A stretch of 64,000 nucleotides of DNA from positions 22,072,001 through 22,136,000 of the forward strand of contig OZ316775.1 of the NCBI GenBank assembly GCA_973851085.1, in the 5' to 3' direction. The stretch comes from Ptychomitrium polyphyllum. Taxonomy: Eukaryota. Positions 12,601-24,462 of the stretch are shown piece by piece. Position 1 is the first letter of the stretch, and every line of letters begins with the position of its first letter. The notes under the pieces were generated by a model. It saw only the letters and a list, made by a program, of their open reading frames with translations, searched no databases and was not told the origin of the DNA. The position numbers and the translations under genes were made by a program.

Positions 12601-14991
12601 TATTGTAATAAATTATTGGAAGAGGATAAATTCAACTAGGTCATTATAGCTTTGCTAAGTGATTGTTCGATTGTTAAAATTTGGTCTTTTGTTGGTTTGA
12701 AAATGAGATTTCAGGCAGAGGCAGCCGCATCTGCTGGGGAACGTGCGGTTCGTGGGTTTATGATTGCTGTCTATAGAGCCACGTCAAACGTTGCCTCAGT
12801 TCAGCAGGTACGTTCTCATCACTCATACTTTGAAATAATAGTATCTAGTTTCATCTTTAAAGCCCTGTGTGTATGTTTGTACTCATTTATTAATTTAGGA
12901 CATTTACACGTGGTTTTTTGGCAGTATCTGGCAAGTAGCATCTCGCGATTACTACTTCCCTTAGATGGAGCTCATGCGGCATGCTGTGAACAGATGGCAA
13001 CAGCCATGGCTAATTCTGAACGTGCTGCATTGAAAGGTCTTCAAATGTGTATCAACACAATCATGGCAGAGGTCTCTTGCACTTCTCCAGTTTAGCTTGC
13101 ATTAGTTCTCATAGAAGGCCTTTATTCGGATGTGCTCGTGTTTATCACGCCAGATGCCAGTATTTGAAGATGTCTGGGCTTCTTATTGTGTTAGTGATAC
13201 GGTGAGTGCTTTGCAGGTAGAACGCATTTTATCTGCAGAACAGAGGGCTACTGATTTCAAACCAGCAGAGCATGGGCACTCTTCAGACCATCAACCTACT
13301 AGTGCCTGTACCAAGTGGGTAGCTTTTCCTTCCGCTTTATGAACTTCATCATTGTATCCACTTCCCTAAGTTAGAAGAGAATCAGACTCAATTCCCTATT
13401 AATCAAGGTGTTGCTAAGATAGTAATATGGCTACAATGTTCTTTACTGATTTATTTATATTATAGTTTCTAAAAAAAATCGATAGTTATCGTTTGATTTT
13501 TCCATGGTGATGTCAAAGTTTATAAAACCCAAGTTTTGCAAGAACCTCCCTTCACGTAGCCTATATAATGGGTTCTCTGGGTATCAGTTATGTGGAGAGG
13601 ATTCATTTTTTGTGCTAGTTCTAACAAAATTTTGAAAATTTTCAGAGTTGTAACATACATGGAGCACATGCTGGATGCAGCATACGCCTCCTTGGAAGGA
13701 CTTAACAAGCAAGCCTTCTTGACAGAATTGGTATAGGTACTCAACCTTTGGCTACTATGGTTGGGAGGCGTGTATGCAAGTTATTTTGCCTTCCGTGTAT
13801 GCAAGTATAGTGGAGAGGGCAGAGTATAGTTTTACTTCATACCATATGTCAGCATGTATTTTAGTACGGAGCACTCCTTCAATAGTTCTACTGTACTAGT
13901 TCTGCGAGTCAGACACCTACTTGTTTTAAGCACATTGATATCCTAGGATGGGTTCTAAATCTTCAGTGGATTCTTTTAGGGAAACCATTTGTACAAAATC
14001 CTTTTGATGCATTGGCAACGCTTTACCTTCAATGTCAGGTTTGTGGTCTTGATCCCCTTATTATAGTGCTAAAATACATTGGCGAACTGAGCGTGCGCAT
14101 TTGCCTATGCTATTTGTAGTGGAAAATCAGGTGATCTTCGCATGCAGTAGCGATTTTGCGGATATTTTTTTTTGTGACTTTGGTTCTCTTTCAATATTTA
14201 AGACTTGAAGCCTTATTTAGACTGTGATTTGTACAGTGGGGGTTTGCGGTTGAAACGCGATGTGGCCGAATTTGTGGAGTTTGTACGAAGTTTTAAGGCT
14301 CCAGCAGTTGATGAAAAGTTTGAGCTTGTGACCACGTAAGTTCAACTCTCATGCCTAAGTTTTCTTTTTTGGTTGCTTAGATCCGCCTGGTTATGATAGA
14401 CTTCCAGCTTAAGGCATGGCCTGATGGTTTGAACTTGTGTCTTGCAGATTGGTGAATGTTCTTATTGTCGCTACAGAAAGCCTGCCTACATTGATAGATA
14501 GCAGTCCTAAGGAGGCTAGAGAGGAGGCAATAAGGTACGCTCATTTTACAGTTCACTTTTTTGTATTGATGTCTTATTATCCGTAGTCAGCCACGTCAGC
14601 CGAACAAATTGCATTGATATATTCTGAACATTGAGTATGTCTGGAACTACTCCTGGCTATAATATAATAGTCATGAGGAGGGTTATTCTGTTTGTGTAAG
14701 TTATTGTAATATCAAAGTTCTGAATCTAAATGCTGCGATGTTATTCTAAACTGGCATGGCTGGTCGTCTGGCAGGTTCGTCAAACTAAGAGAGGACTTCA
14801 AATTGGCGAAGCTTGAGAGTAGGTATATATCTCTTAAAGAGACCAACCACAACACCAGTTTTTTATCCGTTTTACCTTCCTTTAAATTGCAGTCATTAGT
14901 CAAGTTAATGAACGCTGTTTAAAACCACTCTTTAATACTTTATGCTGTTGACTATTGCAGGATCAGTGGATGGCTTGAAAATAAAAGTAGA
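6601..14991 (+). other. SEC10: Sec10 (EXOC5) domain portion of the fusion gene (exons 1-24 plus start of exon 25)
   Basis: Colinear similarity to plant SEC10 from VDVEVFK|GELLFDEFF through FVKLREDFKLAKLESR. Confidence 0.93.
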
Positions 14992-17900
14992 GCAACAAGT
15001 GCGTTTTTGCAGATGGGAGGTTTACTGGGTAATAAGCCCTCCAACGAAGAAACTGATTCTGGGCAGGACTCAAGCCCTTTGGGTTATGGAAAATCATCAA
15101 CAAAGAATGCAAATAAGAATGATGTAACCCATCCGAAAAGCAGTTTCGTGATGGCTCCGCAAGTCCTCCCTGCACTTCCTTTGCCAGTAAAATTACAATC
15201 AGGTGAATTGGAGTCTGACGTTAATACGGAAATTCAAGAGCCTAGGAGACCTGGAAGAATTAAGTTTGCTTCTGCGGAAGAAGATGCAGGTGGTGGACAA
15301 GGTGAAGGAGATATTGTGTCAAGGGTAAGGCCTGGAGACGTGAGAAGGGCGGGAGTTGGCAGAGGAGTTCGACCCAGCAGAGACTTCGACTCAGCAGAAG
15401 AGACAGAAGCCAACTTGCATGATACTACTGGTTCTTCTTCGCTGAGAGGATCTGGGAGGATGAACCGATTGTCTCAGAGTGGTGGTGACAGAGTTGGCGC
15501 ACATAGGGAGGTCGAAGCTGGAGAAGACCTACAAGCAGTCATCCCGGAAAATACGGAAAATTTACTCGGAGGTTCGAGAAGGCCATACCGATATTCTCAA
15601 ATTAGTGAAGATAGAGTTGGAGCATACAGGGAGCACGACGCAATGGAAGAGAGTGATGCTAATATGCAGGAAAATATAGGTAGTTCTTATCTGAATGGGT
15701 CTGGAAGGCCAAAGCGATTGTCTCAAAGCCATGGGGACAGAGTTAGAGTGTACAGGGACGCTGAAGGAGAAGAATATGAATCTACTATGCTGGAAGATGC
15801 AGGCTCTTCTGTACGAAGAGGGTCTAGAAGGCCCAATCGATTGTCCCAAAGCATTGAAGGTAGACTTGGAGCGTACCAGGAGCTCTACACACCAGAATGG
15901 GTATATGCTAATATGCAGGAGACTACTGGTTCTTCGCCGAGAGGATCTGGAAGGTTGATCCGATCGTCTCAAAGCATTGGGGACAGAGTTGGAGCATACC
16001 GGGAACCTGAAGGCGGAGAAGAGTATGTACCTTCTATGCTGGAAAGTGCAGATTCTTCTCTGAGAGAGTCAATGAGGCTGAACCGATTATCTCAAAGCAG
16101 TGAAAGTAGACTTGGAGCGTACAGGGAGCTCGATGCAACAGAAGAGAGAAATGGTTACATGCAGGTGAATGCCATTTCTGCTTCACTGCGTGGAATTCTC
16201 AGGCCGAACCGATTACCTCAGAGTAGTGCAAACCGAGTTGGGGGATACAGGGAGCCCGACAGAGATGATGACAGAGAAACTAGCGTCCTGGAGAGTGCGG
16301 GTTCGTCTTCCGTGAGAGGACCCGAAAGGTTTACCCGATCGTCTCAAGGCATTGGGATCAGAGTTGGAACATATAGGGGGGTTGAAGCCGGGGAAGTCAA
16401 TGAACCTACCATGCAGGAAAGTGTGGATTTTTCTTCTCTGAGTGGACCGATGAGGTTGAATCGATTGTCACAAAGTAGTGACGGTAGAATTGGAGCGTAC
16501 ATTGAAGTTGGAGAGAGAGAAGCGAATTTGGAGGAGAATGCTGGTTCTTCTTCGCTGAGAGGACCTGGAAGGTTGACCCGATCATCTCAAAGCATTGGGG
16601 ATAGAGTAGGAGGATACAGGGAGGTTAAAGGAGGAGAAGAGACTCAAGCTACCGACAGTGCCGGCTCTGTGTTTAGAGGATCGAGAAGACCAAACCGGTT
16701 TACTCATGAGAGTGTAAGTGGTACTGGGGAAGGAAATGTTCATGGCGACGTAGACGTTGCTGGCCATTCACGTGCGGGATTGACTCACAAGGATTCATCC
16801 ACTGAACGGAGGACGAGAAGCAGCACGCCGGGTGCAGATGTCAAAGTGGAAAATTTTGTCCCAGTTCTAGGATTACAGCGTCAACCAAGTCAAGCTCTTT
16901 CTAAGAAAGAGGCTCCTGTGAAATCTAATTTTATTTATACCTCTGCAGCCCCTCGCCCTCTTCCTGCTCCGCCTTCAGCTGTAACAGAAGAAATAGATGC
17001 TCCCTCGGAATCTGTCTCGGTTGGCCATCTAAACATAGAGAGCTACGTCCCATTGCCATCACGTCGTAGTGACGACGGTGAAAGCTCTGGCAGTGGTGGA
17101 TGGTCTTCTTCAGATGGCGAGGGACCATCCTCACCTAGATCTGGACAGATTCCTTCCCGGCTTCCTCTACCTTCTATTAGGTTTATCAATGCTGGAAATC
17201 CAACTGCACCTGGCACCCCTTCAGATGGCACCCCTGGTCTTTCAAGGCGTGCCAGCAGAAAAGATGGTACCCCTGGGCTTTCAAGGCGTGCCAGCAGAAA
17301 AGATGGTACCCCTGGGCTTTCAAGGCGTGCCAGCCGAAAAGAGAGTTCAAATCAATTTCTGTATAGTATAAATTCTACTATCTCTAGATTAAACAGCACT
17401 CCAATTGAAGGCATTGAGGAATCTAATTTAGCAGCTACTGGTCCACTCCTGCCAACGTCTCCCCCTGGAGTAACACCAACTCCGCCTCCCCCTCCCCCTC
17501 CCCTCCTGCCCATGCCAAGAATGACAGCTGCTGCTCCTCCACCCCCACCGCCGCCACCGCCGCCACCACCAGGATGTCCAGCGCCACCCCCGCCTCCACC
17601 CTTACCGGCGGGAGGACGAACTGCTCCTCCGCCTCCTCCACCGCCACCGCCAGGTGGGCGAGGTGCTCCTCCACCACCACCACCCCCTCCTGAAGGGCGA
17701 GGTGCTCCTTCTCCACCACCACCTCCTCCAGGAGGGCGAGGTGCTCCTCCTCCACCACCACCTCCCCCGGGAGGGCGAGGTGCTCCTCCTCCACCACCAC
17801 CTCCTCCGGGAGGGCGAGGTGCTCCTCCTCCACCACCACCTCCTCCGGGAGGGCGAGGTGCTCCTCCTCCACCACCACCTCCTCCGGGAGGGCGAGGTGC

Positions 17901-19945
17901 TCCTCCTCCACCACCACCTCCTCCGGGAGGGCGAGGTGCTCCTCCTCCACCACCACCTCCTCCGGGAGGGCGAGGTGCTCCTCCTCCACCACCACCTCCA
18001 GGAGCCAAAAAGAGTGGTCCTCCGCCACCTCCTGGCTTAAAGCCTCTTAATGTTGGGATGAAGAAGCCAGCAGCTCCTAAAGTAATTTCACCTCCTAAGC
18101 AAAAACTGAAGCAACTGCATTGGGATAAAGTGAAAGCTGCTCCAGACACGTCTATGATTTGGGATAACCTGGACAAATCAATGGAGTAAGTCTCTGCATC
18201 TGCAAATACTATTCGTTTAAATTCTTTCTATACCCATTTGTTGTGAATGAAAAATTTGTAGATAAAAAATTTGTAGTATTTGTTTGCATTTTGCTCGTTT
18301 CTTTTGATGATTGTAGTCGAGAATTTAGACTCTTTGTGATCTTGCAGGCTTGATACGGAGATGCTTGAAGCACTCTTTGGCCTAGCTGCTCCTGCACCTA
18401 AAAAGAATGAATCAAAAAGGTCAACGTTGTCTACCTCGCCACAAGTTGCAATATTGGAATCAAGGAAGGCTCACAATTTCTCTATCCAGCTACGCGCCCT
18501 GGGACTTACAAAGCATGAAGTTATTGGGGCTCTGCTGGAAGGTTTATTTCCTTCCTCTCAGATGACACGTACCGCTTTTTGTTTGTTGATATCGATGTAT
18601 TGTGTAACAGATTGTTGGATTGTTATGTTCATATGTATCAGGTGTTGGTTAGCCGTTGTTGTTTATGCTGAGTTCTTTCATGTTTTGTGGCTGCGAAGGT
18701 GAGGGCTTGAGCATGGATGTGCTAGAAACGCTGGTGAAGGTAGCACCTACTGCTGATGAGAAGAGGAAGTTTATGCAGTTTGATGGCAGTCTTTCAAGTC
18801 TTGGTCCTCCAGACCGCTTCTTCCATGCCATTTTGCATGTTCCAAACGCATTTCCCCGACTCAATGCTATGTTGTATCGAGCACAGTACGAGGAAGAGAT
18901 GAAACATGTTAAAGACGCAATTAAAATTTTAGAGGTTAGTACGCGTTTGTACCATTTGTTTATTCCACGTAATGCAGGAAGTCTAACTCCGTTATTCATC
19001 TATTTGATACATGGTCAGTCAGAAGTCTTGATTGTGTTGTGCAATTAGAAAATGTGACCAAATGCATTTGATTAGAAGTGATGTATCTTGTTTGGTACAT
19101 CAAATACTTAGTTCTTTTCGTCTTTGATGCAGTTGGCATGCATAGAGCTGAAAGAGAGCAAGACGTTTGCGAAGCTTCTAGGAGCTGTACTGAAGGCTGG
19201 CAACAGCCTGAACAGAGGCACTTTTCGAGGCGATGCTAAAGCATTCAAACTTGATAATCTCTTGAAACTTGACGATGTGAAAGGAGCTGACGGAAAGACC
19301 ACCCTGCTACACTTCGTGATCAAGCAGATCATAAGCTCAGAGGAGGCTCGTGCTGCAAGAATGAGTAACACGGATTCCAATAATATGCTTTCTACTCCTT
19401 CAACTCCACAATCGCCGAATGCATCTCTTTTTGAAGTTGTTATTGCTAGCAATCAAGCAGAGAAGGCCAATGGTGATGAATATAAAAAGATAGGAATGGA
19501 AGTGGTTTTGAGATTACCAGCAGAGATGTCAAATGTCAGAAAAGCAGGTGGACTAGATGCTGCTTCTTTGAAGGCGGCCATCCAGAAGCTAGTCACTGGA
19601 TTGCAAGGAATCAAAGCCCAGGTGCGAGAAGGGCGTTTTACAGCTACGCAAGGGGTGGAGTGTAAAGTCAAGGATAGTACTATAGATCTCACAGATGATT
19701 CTTTTCAGGGGACAATGGAGAGCTTCGTGACACAAGCAGAATCGAGTGTTGCTGGTGCAGATAAGGAGTTCACAGGAGCGTTCGATGCTGTGAAGAAAGT
19801 TAGTATTTACTTTTATGGTGAAGCTGCTGCTAAAGATGATTCACAACCTTTCAAGGTATTTTTTGTTGTTCGAGAATTTTTAGCCATATTAGAACGTACT
19901 TGCAAAGATGTAATGCAACCTAGTGCTCAGAGCAAAGGGAAGTAA
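6601..19945 (+). CDS. For1F: Sec10-formin fusion protein (exocyst subunit Sec10 + repetitive linker + FH1 + FH2), 28 exons, ~2284 aa
   Basis: Hand-spliced GT-AG exons: 6601-6711, 6871-7092, 7501-7575, 7854-7955, 8294-8344, 8675-8780, 8942-9046, 9301-9392, 9918-10080, 10231-10307, 10437-10535, 10748-10838, 11173-11258, 11540-11647, 11817-11870, 12320-12448, 12715-12807, 12925-13071, 13217-13314, 13646-13730, 13980-14038, 14237-14335, 14448-14534, 14775-14822, 14961-18185, 18348-18541, 18699-18934, 19133-19945. The sum is 6855 nt and all phases are consistent. Sec10 motifs: LENRLLARFD, YVASRPMFMDVEVMN, SISRLLLPLDGAHAACCE, LEGLNKQAFLTELG, GGLRLKRD. The Sec10 C-terminus KLAKLESRISGWLENKS runs without a stop into the 15007 ORF with polyproline FH1 and FH2 (KLKQLHWDKV, KAHNFSIQL, GNSLNRGTFRGDAKAFKLDNLLKLDDVKGADGKTTLLHFVI). 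Confidence 0.92.
15380..16710 (+). repeat. Coding minisatellite: 10 full plus 1 partial degenerate ~41-aa (~123-bp) repeats in the Sec10-formin linker
   Basis: Recurrent motif GSSS.RG..R.NRLSQS..DRVGAYRE.E..EE....MQE, e.g. RMNRLSQSGGDRVGAHRE, RPNRLSQSIEGRLGAYQE, RLTRSSQSIGDRVGGYRE. Confidence 0.9.
17224..17340 (+). repeat. 3 x 39-bp coding tandem repeat (DGTPGLSRRASRK)
   Basis: Three near-identical units GATGGYACCCCTGGKCTTTCAAGGCGTGCCAGCMGAAAA. Confidence 0.95.
17653..18000 (+). repeat. FH1 polyproline array: 9 x 39-bp units (GGRGAPPPPPPPP)
   Basis: Units start at 17653, 17692, 17731, 17770, 17809, 17848, 17887, 17926 and 17965. The central copies are identical at DNA level. Confidence 0.95.
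18096..19945 (+). other. Formin FH2 domain (end of exon 25 and exons 26-28)
   Basis: KLKQLHWDKV lasso, LESRKAHNFSIQLRAL, LVKVAPTADE, PNAFPRLNAMLYR, AFKLDNLLKLDDVK, FFVVREFL. The actin-contacting Ile and Lys positions appear retained. Confidence 0.93.
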
Positions 19946-21502
19946 CAGTTCTTAGAGTAGGAATTTAGATAATGTTCATAAAGTTGCTGCAGCACCCTAT
20001 TAGTGCTGCTTGTACTTATATCACCACTCCAAATCCCAATCTGTTAAATTATGGATGGGTAATCACATTCTTGACCCTCTCTCCAAATTGTATTGGGTTC
20101 CTGAGTTCTGATCTTGTCTTAGTTATGTTACACTGATTAAGGGATCCTGGCAGAAAGTTTGTCTTTATGCAAATTTTGTTGAAAATCAACTGCTACAATA
20201 CAATACTCGATGACACAATAAGCAAACTGTCTTTACTAGTGTTATTTGTCTGAGCAGATGTGTAGACAAACATCAGAGAACTTGGTTTTCAGAGAATGTT
20301 TCAATCCAGTTAGCTGCATCTATGGAACTTTATGTAAACTGTATTCAAGGTCATTGTGCAGTAAAGTAGCCATTTATGCAAAGACTGAGCGTTAAATCAC
20401 ACTTAAAAAAATCATCAATTTTGCTTTAAAAACAATTAAAGTTTTTCACAATAGAAATCAATATTTCAAAAGTGACTTCAAGATATACTCTTGAACTATC
20501 TTGAATTTGTTAATTTGCAATAAAATAACAAATTTGCTACATTATTATGATAAAGCAAATGAGTGTAACAATATTCCTTTAATAAGTTTTCTAAAATCCA
20601 CAATTCTTTGAGCCAAAGGAATAGAATGATTCTCAGTTCCAAAAATATTACATTTATGAGGATCATTTTCCAGTGAGAAACACTTTACAGTCCTTCTACC
20701 TTATTGATGAATAGAACTCCTCCAAATCCCATCATCAATGACTAGTATGCCTTGTATCGTTCCAACAACCCTGGTAACCACTTCATGCTACAAACCTTGT
20801 GGAAGAATCTAAAACTTTTGTTATACTTTATTATTCCACGTTTTTGGAAACAATAAACACTATACTTCCACACGAGAGTTCCAAAACTTGTGAAACCACC
20901 GATATGCCCACCTCTGCTTGTTGGTTTGGATCTCTCCACACGTGGCAATGCCACAGAACAAGCCACACACCAATATGTCAGATGCACAACCACAGCAAAG
21001 CTCGCAAGGTGGTCGCTTGCCCTCCGTCGTTTCCAGAATCCTGCACACAAGTGACGTCGAGCTACCTTACGCTTAGAGAATTGGTCGTGAAGATTTCCAG
21101 TTTCTGCTCGAGGAAAATCTCGTCAAGTGTGCATGTGCTGCAAAGTTTTCCTCTGTGGTATCACAATACTCTTGAAAGACGCTACTTGCACTCTGAGGCA
21201 GACAAGGCCTTTGGTCGTCGTTGGTCTGAGGTGGTGCAGTCAATGAATCAATAAATTTCAAGTGGAGCCTTGGGCCTGAGTAAGTTACTTGGAGAAGGCG
21301 AAGGCTGATGACGATGGAGTGGAGTGGGGCTTGTTGATTGAACTCTCACCTCGTGCCTGGTTCTGCATGTCAAGCTGTGAGCAGCGCCGGGTGGGTTCTG
21401 CTGGGAGCTTTACTTGTGAGAGGGTGGAGTGAGGAGAGGGGTAGGCTTTGGCGGAGTTTCAGAGTTGGGATACTGGGAGGGGGATTGGTTGCGAAGTCAA
21501 GG

Positions 21503-23896
21503 ATGAATAAGGTGTTGGGCGTTTTCAAGCCGAAGCCCACTCCGCAAGAGCAGTTGCGCGAGTGGCAGCGCAAGCTCCGCCAGGAGTCTCGTGACGTTGA
21601 TCGCCAGGTCCGTGGTGAGTGAACTCCTCTTTCTCGTTTTCTATCTCTAGGTCTCGGTTGTGGATCTCCCGAGTATAACAAATTCTCGTCACGCTCAAGT
21701 GGTTTTTTGGAATGATCTCTTCTGTGATAGAGTTTTCGTCATCACTCCCAGTTGTGAGATGTTTGGTCACAAATGGAGAGCACACTTGCATCTGTTGCCA
21801 AGCACGAATTTGGTACCCAAGTGAACCGATGGCTATTTCGCAAAAACAACTCTGGATTTTTAGCAACTGCTTGTGGTTAAATTTGAGACCTTGATTGTTT
21901 TGGTTTTAGGGTTTCATGTTCCAAGAGCACTACTCGTGGCTCTGTACCAGTAGGCATGGTCCATGAAAAGCTTGTTACTGTCGCGATTCACGGCTTCTTT
22001 CTGTTAGGAACTTACAGGTCCAGAGTGGCCATTGCAACCAGTATTGTACAGCGTATTTTTCTGTGTTCGGAATGGCTCTACACCTCCGAGTACAGAACCG
22101 AAACTGAAGTTTATGTTGACGTGGTTTTGATGAGCTATTGGGTATGAATTTGGAGCTTCTTGCTGGTTGCAAATGCGTATAATACGGTAGCGTACCTACT
22201 AGATCCAAGGGACGATTAAGGACGAAGGGTGGAGACTTTGATTTTAATACTTTGGCCTTGTGATGACTAGTATTGAGATCATTTATGGTGCAGAAATTCA
22301 GCGTGAAGAGAAAAATGTTCAGAAGGCTATAAAGGAGGCTGCCAAGCGTAATGACATGAAGTCTGCAAAGGTTCCTTTTGTTTACCCTATGCGTACAAAA
22401 CCGCAGTTTTAACTGCCTATATTCCTTGATTACAGGCTTGTCATGTAATCTAATTTCCCTTAATTACGTATATGCCGGCTAGCGTGCAAAATTCACTCCC
22501 TCTGACTCTCTAAATTTTCAATTGTGATTGAAGGAAATAGTATAGGCGTTGAAGTTGAACGGAAGGAAAGCTAGCAATGTCCCCATCACTTGCCGTTATG
22601 CCTCGTCTCTGAATGACTGTTGTAAGATATAGTTCTCGAAAGAGGGAGGGAGTACTGAATATGATGTTTGTGGCATTTACAGGCACTGGCCAGGGAGCTC
22701 GTAAGCTCCCGGAAGGTAGTGAACCGACTGTATGAAAATCGAGCGCAGCTGAACTCCATCTCCATGCATTTGGGAGAGAGCGTTGGTAATGTGCACTCTA
22801 TACCTTTGAGATCATTTCAAATACTTTACAATTCCATGAAACTTGCTTCCGGTTGATCATTGATTTTAAGCACCATACTGATCTCTTTATGGATTAAGTC
22901 TTCCAAGTATTGAAGGGAGACGATTCCCGGGAGTTTGGTAGAAACATTTCTGCAAGGAGTTGCGAACTATCTAATCTATGGTTGTGTTTTTTGACTTGCA
23001 GCTACGGCTACGGCGGTAGGCCACCTGCAGAAAAGCACTGAAGTCATGAAGCTCGTCAACAACCTCATGAAGGCTCCTGAAATGGCAGCCACTATGCAAG
23101 AGTTGTCTAAAGAGATGATGAAGGTATTTCTCCTTATGCTTTACTTTCTTACAAAATAGTTGAAGTTGCGGTTAAATCCTCTTTTATCACAGGTCGAATG
23201 TGCATGATGTAAAGGCTTCCTATATCAAAGATGGTTGAGTTGCCGATAAATCTACTGCAGTCAATTAACTTCGTTAAGAGTCTAAGTTTGCTCTGGTGCA
23301 CCGGAATCCGGATGTTTGGATTAGGCTGGCGTAACGGAAGAAATGGTGAACGACGGGTTGGACTCTGCTTTGGACAATGAGGACATGGAGGAGGAGATCG
23401 AGGAAGAGGTGGATAAGGTTCTGGAGGAGCTTGCTGTAGAGACCACGGCACAGTTGCCAGCCAGTGCAGCACCAAGAGTGCGGGTAAAACCTCCTGCACA
23501 ATCTGCAAAACAGGTACTATTCACTGCACAACACATAGTTTTACCTCTCCTTTTCTTGGTGTAGTCCCAACTTCTGGTCCACTAAAATTATGCTAAAAAT
23601 ACACTACAAACGGCTATTAAATATATAAAACTTATTTTAGAACTTTTGTCCTCTTTAGTTTATCCTTTAGTTTATTTTAGTATTTTTGTCCTCTTTAGTA
23701 TATCAAATTATGTAGAATTATGTTTTAAAGAATTTCTTAGAATTTTAGCATAATATTAAATATACAAAAATACACTACAAACGGCTATTAAAGCAACGTT
23801 GTGTTATGGATGCAGCAACAAGCAGCAGTTGCAGGAGGGGATGATGATGCAGAGTTGGACGCCTTACGCACTCGATTAGACAATGTGAGATCTTGA
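21503..23896 (+). CDS. VPS24: ESCRT-III subunit VPS24/CHMP3 (Snf7 family), 6 exons, 227 aa
   Basis: Exons 21503-21614, 22294-22370, 22683-22785, 23002-23123, 23325-23513, 23816-23896 (684 nt). Protein: MNKVLGVFKPKPTPQEQLREWQRKLRQE...EIQREEKNVQKAIKEAAKRNDMKSAKALARE...LYENRAQLNSISMHLGES...EEEIEEEVDKVL...LDALRTRLDNVRS*. Confidence 0.95.
23595..23792. repeat. Insertion in VPS24 intron 5 bracketed by a 27-bp direct repeat
   Basis: AAAAATACACTACAAACGGCTATTAAA occurs at 23595-23621 and 23766-23792. Confidence 0.85.
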
Positions 23897-24462
23897 GTAA
23901 TGATCTGCACCAAGTGTTTGGATAGTCTGCACCATAGTGTTTGTATATTCTGCACAATATTATTTCAGTATGAAGAGCAAGTGGCCACTATTTCTATTTT
24001 TGGGAATTATGTAGCAAATTTAATTTGAGAATGAGTTCAATATGTATTACGAAATTAAGGAAGAAAATGTGCTCTTCATTATATAGCACACTGTTAGAAT
24101 TAGCACGTTGAAAACGCATTATAACATGATGTTGAAGATTTTACAGCTTTAATCAGAGTATGGAGTAGAGGTTTCGTAAAATTTCCTGTGGTTGTATATT
24201 AGGCGAAGCCATTACTGTACAGTCCCCTGCAAGAAGCAAGGAAATTCCAAATTCCACTATTGTGTAAGAATGCTTCTTCCACACATTACAACCGTTTGCC
24301 AACCACTGAATACCAACACTATCTATTATCAAATAGTATCCCACTTGTGTATGAAGCTATTTAGTGTCCTTTGAAGGTGACAAGTTGAAATAATGTGAGT
24401 TTACAAACTTTAGCACATGATGAAGATTTTCATATAAAATACACAAAAGCACAGCAAAACAA

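Noticed and set aside
17653..18000. CRISPR-like regularly spaced repeats
   Set aside because: There are no unique spacers; the units are contiguous coding repeats in a eukaryotic gene, and no cas genes are present.
17352..18176. Gly-rich, His/Leu-rich and VVVEEEHLAL ORFs on other frames and strand
   Set aside because: Shadow ORFs of the FH1 39-bp repeat.
15007..18189. 1060-aa ORF as a stand-alone formin gene
   Set aside because: It starts at TTG inside exon 25, is in frame with upstream Sec10 codons from 14961, and ends by reading into an intron (donor 18186). It is part of the fusion gene.
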